Of a stretch of 64,000 nucleotides of DNA, positions 58,301-64,000 are shown piece by piece (position 1 is the first letter of the stretch; the number at the start of each line of letters is the position of its first letter). The notes beneath the pieces were generated by a model. It was not told the DNA's origin, ran no database searches, and worked only from the letters and a program-made list of their open reading frames with translations. The translations under genes were made by a program, and so were the position numbers. Source of the stretch: an uncultured bacterium (GTDB lineage: Bacteria > Oederibacteriota > JAAXVQ01 > JAUVAV01); contig CAVQBK010000003.1 of assembly GCA_963710755.1 (NCBI GenBank), positions 1,280,001-1,344,000 of the forward strand, written 5' to 3'.

Positions 58301-59270
58301 TAAGGCTGATTTTCAGGCCCTGAGCCAAAAAGCTTCGTTGTTGACTCAGGTCGATCTTACGGATCAAAGCCTTGGCAGCGTAGAATCCAACCACTCCATC
58401 AGGCTGCGCCAACCCTGGTTGCTTCGGTATTTACCGGGGTTGCGGTTGTTGCTGTTGAGTTGGTCAGCCTTGACCATCAAGGCCATTGGTCGTTCCGCCG
58501 GTATTACGACAGGGCAGAGCACGGACTTGGCGCAGGTATTGGCTCCGCGATTGCTGCAGCAATGGCCCCAGGATCATTTCAGTACCATGGACCTGCTCCG
58601 TCATGGCCAGCAGCACAAGCTCATTGAGATCAGGCGTCTGCCTGAAGAAATTAAGTGGTGGACTTATCTGAACCTGTTGCGCCAGGGCCAATGCTGGCAA
58701 AACCTGAGTCAGCAAGATTCAAAAAATCAGGCTACTTATGCCTTGGTCCTCCCGGACCAGTTATGCCGCCAACTGGCTCAGGACGTGGCTCAAGGGCAGA
58801 CAGAAGGGAAAGCATTCGAGCTTTTTGATCAGATCGCGGCCTTTGCGGGGCAGCGCTATTACCACACCCTTTACCACCAACGCCATCAAGCCCAAAAGGT
58901 TTATGCGTTCATGAAAAACGATAAGGTCATTCAAACCCTCCTGGACGGAGAGGATCAGGATATGGCGGATCAGGCTTTGGAACTCATGGCCCGGGGACAA
59001 ACGCGAGGTGCCTATCAATTGGCCCGCTGGTGCTTGCGATATCTTGGTGGAAATGAGACCTGGGATAAGCCCCTAATCCAATTATTAAAAAAGCTTCCTG
59101 CCCGGGAGAGCATGCCGATGTCCTTACCCGGCCATCCTGACCATATCATCCAGGTGCCCCTGTTACGCAATCGCCAAGGGAGACCTTACGTCTACCCGGG
59201 GTTGGAAGACCAGCCGGTTTTCCAAAATCACCGTCAACGGCGGCCGCCCCAGCTGCTGAACGCAGCCTGA
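52332..59270 (+). CDS. Giant (~2,310 aa) multidomain exported/membrane protein
   Basis: Uninterrupted ORF; N-terminal hydrophobic segment; IHIEDLHCN..Q.NI, VGEEGA, LEGIE, ITGGFH domain; arginase/UPF0489-like motifs; several TM segments. Confidence 0.8.
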   Translation: MTKKFRGKTFFYHSYRKLTQVISLGVAVSFLLPFLTWAFETPNYFASHPGMVQLSGKPLIIPATLGRITKVSSGSAKTIIHIEDLHCNYDVQMNIAKMIAYLAKTHHLSLVGEEGASYTINTAKLSSFPDYEARRDVADYLVRQGKLTGAEYGAAVGDVPIRLEGIETPALYKAAHEQVSAFFNHQSQGYCYDLKDMLDQLKPLVYNRALKALDKKTMAYREGRLELVSYADVLLRQARRYHLEPAHGLLLQELVNGKQGLDQDQVVNQLALLERRVREQLYTTAQQQELDQAYHRLDVIQKLLNISATPEELKDFRDHRQNFRVAAFLNFIQTTGGSTASSLTLDADLYHLDHYLDRVGRFYDLADQRSEAFVANLNNKMDRYHQSLAVMITGGFHTDKVLTELRRRGVTCISVKPRVTDQDVVNPYFALLQNQRLPLEKLLAQNQDILALPTECPDLNGVDGHQVVAQQSLSNRVRVAERFKELLLKARLLARLIKKNSTHWQEIPATMAAELKDYLANGTLTLAARQFLEDNVHLNNAGKPSLAVLPFQDGDRSISSMAILDPELMAGRTQHELQRLRLGQTNYLFYSDANRTLEALNALLKQQSQRPLYFLLPPGVHLKDFFGWPGVLVDLMIRVIRWFDEDKPRQPVLDRIKPWLHSLPKMELTWMAAAGSPWLMPVVLMTASNGEKGETKGTGQSTQAQDKEDLIETLTRTIRLYPKELIHSRDLKLDSWDSKNYHFEEMDSNTGWGHWVSNHFPDLVLGTWEDVEKKYSYTHQKMIRHVVERFRNRNGSVVSFYYFDDHAYSVPYAMEAVVRGEVPEKGNTQLFLDEHYDFADVPAMTRHFKVPQNLAEWLSNINQYIYMNNLNWIFSAAGFLKKHIWLYDTSSRNEPFRQSQETVKEEEKAVRDNRLKYVKSGFEHYFHYARRPRQQKIIVNIDTDVIGDMLGVGDVHYPARTRPYAALRYLSDFLRQLTLQDKNTVGTFHASTTFDQITYGDVEIVRFLARVAPVLLLLPKQENEQALTEAVHKVAEEHAPHVQVNLERGVLTESKQEPMLFNIIHSLLAALGSAGLVLIPLLMGAPHWLGLASWSMALVFALHGLTGHLIMGASMEKINTAWRNRIQRYFGPDVKIEYLNTAALHAKTEEFLTASAAASDKPAVLSWWQWGLIPWTSAVTDVASRTVYLHQGWVSDELGLGLKLLRLIMLPLTLVHEASALWLNDHLAVKAMPGWVQTVGRYMLRPLQMATLYPYWKLLIVKKRGLETASSAIDDKDLQTNKQDINAKIKAQLDAMYAAHTNWTLDLKHWQMREVATGPDQTITIHYMTIPNPLRPKDRQYDITLEALTEEGDFPNACKITTKDPFTNQILEATFQLTRRAGQKKISISHLSRPLQSGVGTGVMFFLSQAIGKEQEPGWTFQVDQMMFKPILTLMRTFFKQIKIHGASVANRDFETYLESEFYNKALSGSPKSPDEIVRDQLADLDTIEGAVLERLGWKEKTAEKRQLADQFAGIMQYKNESDAMGRKNFRNIALARVLAYFKMYYADHPEEKQEYVHEWVKLLNEQFKDLPRLVYYDLIGKLAEAAVGKAKNGNPFVDLNDLDFRIWSSRTRAFRQKLLSSTVIILIVISLVGLAAYSLEPVLKEHMIVQEILHHLVEWGSLLSTALAGTIKETSTTNNHPGAMGRFAVRSITILKPQGTTISSEELAALLGEEAPATKEGKVVSLPEIAVTGHMINRQGRAEPQQEIKCRVALRAILSAEKEKVAAIVEKLKLIVEHKREWFGDDKEVLKAMISQAETLLENKQTNPDLSSGLQGFYTMDKVTVVKGPKNAVFAGLGLEHAILLDKWLFDNPDVLEAALLHELGESLQDPRVGHVFLRGLGKKARLAKTGELSSENIGFVGRILGNNRQEQLTQWLARSRPAPPGKQTAYGNILTGDEKDALAALYPQKGESKKRKTKDTKKASEPSTKDNESKNRKTPSQTKGNKDHKADFQALSQKASLLTQVDLTDQSLGSVESNHSIRLRQPWLLRYLPGLRLLLLSWSALTIKAIGRSAGITTGQSTDLAQVLAPRLLQQWPQDHFSTMDLLRHGQQHKLIEIRRLPEEIKWWTYLNLLRQGQCWQNLSQQDSKNQATYALVLPDQLCRQLAQDVAQGQTEGKAFELFDQIAAFAGQRYYHTLYHQRHQAQKVYAFMKNDKVIQTLLDGEDQDMADQALELMARGQTRGAYQLARWCLRYLGGNETWDKPLIQLLKKLPARESMPMSLPGHPDHIIQVPLLRNRQGRPYVYPGLEDQPVFQNHRQRRPPQLLNAA

Positions 59271-59291
59271 TGGGGACAGCCCATATGTCGG

Positions 59292-59321
59292 TTGACGAAT
59301 AGCGCTGAATTCCTTTATACT
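59292..59321 (+). promoter_or_regulatory. Sigma70 promoter upstream of aroF
   Basis: TTGACG-18 bp-TATACT. Confidence 0.55.
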
Positions 59322-59401
59322 GCCCCAAGAAATATCATATGTAATGTTTTTTTACGGGGCTCTATTTTTTGCAGGTGTCTGCATTTCAGGAGGAACCTTT
59401 C

Positions 59402-60415
59402 ATGATCATTGTCATGCGTCAGGATGCCACCGAAGCCCAAGTGGCCCATGTGGTGGAGCGCTTAAAAGAAAAAGGCCTGACCCCTCATTTATCCAAAGGC
59501 ACGGAGCGTACCATTATCGGTGCCATTGGGGATGACCGGGTGCTGCAGGAAATGCCCCTTGATGCTTTCCCGGGTGTGGAACAGCATGTGCCCATTCTTC
59601 AGCCCTTTAAATTAGTCTCCAAAGAATTTAAAAAAGAACCGACGGTGGTAAAGGTGGGTGCGGTCACCATCGGGGCGGGGAATTTGGGTATGATTGCCGG
59701 GCCTTGTTCAGTGGAAAACTGGGACACTTTGCTCGAAACCGCCCAGGCCGTCAAGGCCAGCGGGGCCAATTTGCTGCGCGGTGGTGCTTTTAAACCCCGC
59801 ACCAGCCCCTATGCTTTTCAGGGTCTGGGGGAACAAGGCTTGAAATTGTTGGCTCAGGCCCGGGAAGTTACCGGCTTGCCGATTGTTACCGAGGCCATGA
59901 GTGTCAGCCACGTTCCCATGGTGGCGGACTATGCCGACATGATCCAAATCGGGGCCCGCAACATGCAAAACTTTGATCTTTTAAAAGCCGTGGGTGATGC
60001 CAAAAAGCCGGTACTGCTTAAACGGGGGCTGTCGGCTACCATCAAGGAATGGCTCATGTCCGCGGAATACATCCTGTCACGGGGCAACTATGATGTGGTG
60101 CTCTGTGAGCGGGGGATACGCACTTTTGAAACCTATACGCGCAACACCCTGGATTTGGCGGCGGTAGCGGCAGCCAAGGAATTATCCCATCTGCCGGTGA
60201 TTGTCGATCCATCCCATGGCACGGGCAAGCGCAGTCTGATCGCGCCCATGGCCTTGGCGGCTTTGGCTTGCGGGGCTGACGGCCTGACCATAGAGGTTCA
60301 TCCCCGGCCGGATGAAGCCTTGTCAGATGGAGATCAATCCTTGCTGCCCAAGGAATATTCAAGCCTAGTGGAGGCTTTGCGGCCTATGGCTCAGATGTGT
60401 CACTGCAGCTGGTAG
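59402..60415 (+). CDS. aroF: DAHP synthase (type I-beta, with N-terminal regulatory domain)
   Basis: [54 protein letters not shown]. Confidence 0.96.
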   Translation: MIIVMRQDATEAQVAHVVERLKEKGLTPHLSKGTERTIIGAIGDDRVLQEMPLDAFPGVEQHVPILQPFKLVSKEFKKEPTVVKVGAVTIGAGNLGMIAGPCSVENWDTLLETAQAVKASGANLLRGGAFKPRTSPYAFQGLGEQGLKLLAQAREVTGLPIVTEAMSVSHVPMVADYADMIQIGARNMQNFDLLKAVGDAKKPVLLKRGLSATIKEWLMSAEYILSRGNYDVVLCERGIRTFETYTRNTLDLAAVAAAKELSHLPVIVDPSHGTGKRSLIAPMALAALACGADGLTIEVHPRPDEALSDGDQSLLPKEYSSLVEALRPMAQMCHCSW

Positions 60416-60470
60416 CTCGTTCCTGTTGCGGATTGGCGTTAGGCCTGCTCTTGGGTAGAGGACGGTTGGC

Positions 60471-60519
60471 GTAGGCTACAGGCATCCCGGCATACGCGGG
60501 CCAAGTTGCCTGTACCCAC
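60471..60519. repeat. GTAG/GTGG-type REP-like palindrome
   Basis: GTAGGCTACAGGCA ... TGCCTGTACCCAC. Confidence 0.45.
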
Positions 60520-60555
60520 AAACTGTAGGACATCACATTTGACTAAAGGATCAAA

Positions 60556-61446
60556 TTGAAAAAACTATTGTTTAAAAAAGTTGTCATTGTTGGCTTGGGG
60601 CTGATGGGCGGCTCGCTCGCCCTGGCCATTAAGAAACATAAAATTGCCCGCACCGTGGTCGGTCTGGTGCGCCGGGAAAAATCCATTAAAGAGGCTTTGG
60701 CCCTAGGCGCTGTGGATATGGCCACTTTGGATGCCAATCACGCTGTCTCCGGCGCGGAGCTGGTGGTCTTTGCAGGTCCTGTATCCACCACGCCGCTTCT
60801 CTTTGAAGCCCTGCTGCCCTATCTGCCGAAGCGCTGTCTGCTCACTGATGTGGGCAGCACCAAACAAACCCTGACCAAGACCATGCACCGACTGATCCAT
60901 CGTGCCAACAACCAGGGCCGTCAGCTTACTTTTATTGGTGCTCATCCCATGGCCGGATCGGAGAAAGCCGGTGTGATGGCTGCCCGCTCGGATCTATATG
61001 ATCAGTCCGTATGTTTACTCATCGACGACAATCTTGACAATCACAAGGCCATAAACCGCATGCGAACTTTCTGGAAAAGGGTGGGCTGCACGGCGGTGAT
61101 CACGCTGTCCGCCAAGGATCATGACCGGCTGACGGCTTTAGCTTCTCATTTACCTCATGCCTTGGCCGCCAGCCTGGTCCTGCTGGTCCAGGAACAATCG
61201 GGACAGGACCAGCGCTTGCAAGCCGTACTCAGTTCCGGTTTTCGCGATACCACCCGCATTGCCGGCGGGCTGGCCTCCATGTGGACCGATATTTTTATGA
61301 GCAATCGCAGGGAAGTGATCCGGGCGCTGGGTCGATTGGAAGCAATGCTGGGACGGTTTAAAAGCCTGCTGCAAAAGGAAGATGAAATCGCCTTGCACCG
61401 TTTCCTGGAAGCGGCACAAGTGTTCCGGCAAAAGGTGGATAAATAA
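60556..61446 (+). CDS. tyrA: Prephenate dehydrogenase
   Basis: IVGLGLMGGSLA, TDVGSTK, HPMAGSE, HD...A..SHLPH, GFRDTTRIA. Confidence 0.95.
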   Translation: MKKLLFKKVVIVGLGLMGGSLALAIKKHKIARTVVGLVRREKSIKEALALGAVDMATLDANHAVSGAELVVFAGPVSTTPLLFEALLPYLPKRCLLTDVGSTKQTLTKTMHRLIHRANNQGRQLTFIGAHPMAGSEKAGVMAARSDLYDQSVCLLIDDNLDNHKAINRMRTFWKRVGCTAVITLSAKDHDRLTALASHLPHALAASLVLLVQEQSGQDQRLQAVLSSGFRDTTRIAGGLASMWTDIFMSNRREVIRALGRLEAMLGRFKSLLQKEDEIALHRFLEAAQVFRQKVDK

Positions 61447-61449
61447 CCA

Positions 61450-62778
61450 ATGACCAGTAAAACCATCAAGCCCATCACGACCTTTAAAGCGGAACTGAAT
61501 CTGCCCGGTGACAAGTCCATCTCCCACCGGGCGGCCATTCTGGGTATGCTGGCCCAGGGGGAGACCAGGGTTACCAATTTTTTAACAGCCGAGGATTGCC
61601 TCAATACCCTTAAGGTTTGCACTCAGCTGGGGGCTGTGGTCGAACGGGAAGGAAACACGGTGATTATTCACGGTTGCGGCCTGGATGGGTTACAATCGCC
61701 GTCAGCAGTGCTGGACTGCGGCAATTCCGGTACCGCGGTGAGACTGCTCTCGGGCGTACTGGCCGGACAATCGTTCACGTCCACCATCACCGGAGATGAG
61801 CAGATTCAACGGCGGCCCATGAAACGTATCATCGAACCTTTAACGCGCATGGGCGCGCGTATTACCAGTGCGTCCGGCGGGCTCTGTCCTTTGACCATTA
61901 GCGGCGGAAAATTAAAGCCAATTGACTATATTTCGACTGTGGCCAGTGCTCAGGTCAAATCTTGTGTGCTGCTGGCCGGGCTCTTCTGCACTAAACCAGT
62001 ATCCGTCACAGAGCCAACCTTGTCGCGCGACCATAGTGAGCGCATGCTTAATTATTTTGGCGCCAAAATTCACACGGCCACTGTGCCAGCCGAGCCCATC
62101 AAACCCTTTGCCTCTTCTTTGCCGGTTAAGGTGACTTTACAGGCGCGCGGCCCGCTGACCGGCAAACCGGTGGAGGTGCCCTCCGATATTTCGTCAGCTG
62201 CTTTTATAATGATAGCCGCCGCCCTCTTGCCGGGCGCAACGCTGCGGGTGAATAACATTGGCATTAACTCCACCCGTACGGGGTTGCTGGATGTGCTGCG
62301 CATGATGGGGGCATCGGTCACCAAAGAAAATACGCGTCATCAAGCCGGCGAGCGGGTGGCTGATCTCGTGGTGACCGGCCAAGGCCGGCTAAAAGGCACG
62401 GCCATTTACGGTGCCATTATTCCCCGCTTGATCGACGAACTGCCCATCATTGCCGTGGCTGCGGCCATGGCCGAGGGCGAGACACAAATATCTGATGCTG
62501 CCGAGTTGCGGGTCAAAGAAACGGACCGCATCAGCCGGGTGGTCAACGAACTAAGGGCCATCGGTGTCACGGTGGAGGAAAAACCGGACGGTATGATTAT
62601 TACCGGAGGAGCCATAAAAGGCGGTCACGCCAACAGCCATGGTGATCACCGTTTGGCCATGAGCTTGGCCATTGCCGGTTTGGTTTCCCAGGAAGGCGTG
62701 ACCATTGAAAATACAGACTGTGTTAACACATCCTTTCCGGGATTTTGGGAGATCGTGGAGGGCCTTGGCCATGACTAA
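61450..62778 (+). CDS. aroA: EPSP synthase
   Basis: PGDKSISHRA, DCGNSGT..RL, RRPM, SAQVKS, RDHSERML, DISSAAF, ELRVKETDRI, DHRLAM. Confidence 0.98.
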   Translation: MTSKTIKPITTFKAELNLPGDKSISHRAAILGMLAQGETRVTNFLTAEDCLNTLKVCTQLGAVVEREGNTVIIHGCGLDGLQSPSAVLDCGNSGTAVRLLSGVLAGQSFTSTITGDEQIQRRPMKRIIEPLTRMGARITSASGGLCPLTISGGKLKPIDYISTVASAQVKSCVLLAGLFCTKPVSVTEPTLSRDHSERMLNYFGAKIHTATVPAEPIKPFASSLPVKVTLQARGPLTGKPVEVPSDISSAAFIMIAAALLPGATLRVNNIGINSTRTGLLDVLRMMGASVTKENTRHQAGERVADLVVTGQGRLKGTAIYGAIIPRLIDELPIIAVAAAMAEGETQISDAAELRVKETDRISRVVNELRAIGVTVEEKPDGMIITGGAIKGGHANSHGDHRLAMSLAIAGLVSQEGVTIENTDCVNTSFPGFWEIVEGLGHD

Positions 62779-63454
62779 ACGTAATCAACCCATCGTGGCT
62801 ATAGACGGTCCGGCCGGTGCCGGTAAAAGCACCATCTCCAAACTGGTGGCCCAGCGTCTGGGATTTGTGTACATAGACACAGGGGCCATGTACCGCACGG
62901 TCACCCTCAAAGCCATGCGTCAAGGTATTGATCTGAGTGATCAGCAGGCCGTGGAAGCGGTGGCCAGAACCATCAATATGGCTTTTGTGCCGGGCGCCAT
63001 CGGCGAGGTGATGCTTGACGGGGTCAGTGTAGGGGAAGACATACGCACGCCTGAAGTCACCCGCAATGTCTCCGCCTATGTGGCCAGTTACAGCGGGGTA
63101 AGAAAAGAGATGGTTCGCCTGCAACAGGCGATGGGCCAAAACGGAGGCGTGGTCATGGAAGGCCGCGATATTACCACCGTGGTGTTTCCCGACGCTGAGA
63201 TTAAAATCTACCTCGATGCCTCCCAGGAAGAACGGGCCCGGAGGCGATACCGGGAATTGGAAGCCAAAGGCCAGCCGCAGCCTTTCGAGGAATTGTTGCA
63301 CGACCTGAAAAAAAGAGATTTAGAGGATCTTAACCGTCCCGGCGGAGCATTAACGCAGGTGGAGGATGCCGAGCTGGTTGACACCACTGGTCTTAACCTT
63401 GATCAGGTGGTGGCTAAGATCGAAGACGTAGTGGCACGGCGATTACTGCAGTAG
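62771..63454 (+). CDS. cmk: Cytidylate kinase
   Basis: AIDGPAGAGKST, DTGAMYR, MEGRDI.TVVFPDA..KIYLDAS..ERA.RR. Confidence 0.97.
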   Translation: MTKRNQPIVAIDGPAGAGKSTISKLVAQRLGFVYIDTGAMYRTVTLKAMRQGIDLSDQQAVEAVARTINMAFVPGAIGEVMLDGVSVGEDIRTPEVTRNVSAYVASYSGVRKEMVRLQQAMGQNGGVVMEGRDITTVVFPDAEIKIYLDASQEERARRRYRELEAKGQPQPFEELLHDLKKRDLEDLNRPGGALTQVEDAELVDTTGLNLDQVVAKIEDVVARRLLQ

Positions 63455-63490
63455 GGAATAAGTCAAGTCATGGATGAAAAAGAATTTCCA

Positions 63491-64000
63491 ATGAAAGTGA
63501 TTGTGGCCAGCCACGCCGGACATTGTTTCGGTGTCAAGACAGCCATCCAAAAAGCCTTTAAAACCGCGCAGGAAGCCAAGCAACCGGTGTATACCTTGGG
63601 ACCGATTATCCATAATCCGCAGGTGGTGGCACGGCTGGAAAAAGAACAGGTTAGTGCGGTTAAAAACTTGAGTGAGATTGATGAGGGTGTTATAATCATC
63701 CGTTCTCATGGGGTTGCCCCGCAGGTAATTCAAGAGGCAGAAGCCAAGGGTCTGACCGTAGTGGATGCCACCTGTCCTTTTGTGCGGCGTGCCCATGAAC
63801 TGGCCCAAGCGTTGATTGCCGAGGGTTATCAGTTGGTTATTTTGGGGGATCGTCACCATCCTGAAGTGAAAGGTATCTTGGGAGCGGTCAACCATCAGGC
63901 CGTGGTTGTGACCGGAGAGAATGACGTTTTGCCATTGCCCCGCCATAATCAGTATGGGTTGATCGCGCAAACCACGCAGAATTTGAGTAATTTGCAGCAA
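63491..64000 (+). CDS. ispH: 4-hydroxy-3-methylbut-2-enyl diphosphate reductase (3' truncated; absent from the ORF track)
   Basis: Manual translation: MKVIVASHAGHCFGV...LGPIIHNPQVV...IIRSHGV...DATCPFV...GDRHHPEVKG...AQTTQ; start could be 63470. Confidence 0.93.
   Translation, partial: MKVIVASHAGHCFGVKTAIQKAFKTAQEAKQPVYTLGPIIHNPQVVARLEKEQVSAVKNLSEIDEGVIIIRSHGVAPQVIQEAEAKGLTVVDATCPFVRRAHELAQALIAEGYQLVILGDRHHPEVKGILGAVNHQAVVVTGENDVLPLPRHNQYGLIAQTTQNLSNLQQ

Noticed and set aside
63443-64000. 185-aa minus-strand ORF at the window end
   Set aside because: The + strand encodes clear IspH motifs; the track missed it because it has no stop codon in the window
1-64000. All genes co-oriented on the + strand
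   Set aside because: Consistent with ordinary operon clustering or leading-strand bias; not distinctive by itself

Overview
Bacterial DNA, roughly 45-50% GC by eye, from a diderm lineage. All credible genes are on the + strand. The Thr/Pro-rich linker, FlgD/T9SS-like C-terminal domains, PorV-like barrels and a giant protein suggest an uncultured group such as FCPU426, Firestonebacteria or Elusimicrobiota; this placement is inference. Three blocks are visible. (1) 1-27.9 kb: a carbohydrate/surface locus with a sugar ABC transporter, three glucoamylase-like (beta-1,2-glucanase-clan) enzymes and a GH35 enzyme. These flank a cassette of three paralogous secreted pilin-like proteins, two chaperone-like Ig proteins, three [CTD cargo + PorV/PorP-like barrel] pairs, several tandem CBM-like proteins and a CBM-fused outer-membrane barrel. 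(2) 27.9-38.2 kb: a duplicated Bat/MoxR-VWA-TPR locus whose last TPR protein has a pure 124-residue polyglutamine tract. (3) 38.2-64 kb: housekeeping genes (ruvCAB, mtnA, scpAB, rluB, pheA-hisC-aroF-tyrA-aroA-cmk-ispH) interrupted by a RES-type toxin-antitoxin pair, small REP/MITE-like elements and a ~2,300-aa multidomain protein. The best candidate for an undescribed system is an usher-less, CTD-anchored, donor-strand pilus/lectin display apparatus inside a probable beta-1,2-glucan utilisation locus. No rRNA, tRNA or CRISPR array was seen. All family calls come from motif recognition by eye, not database searches.
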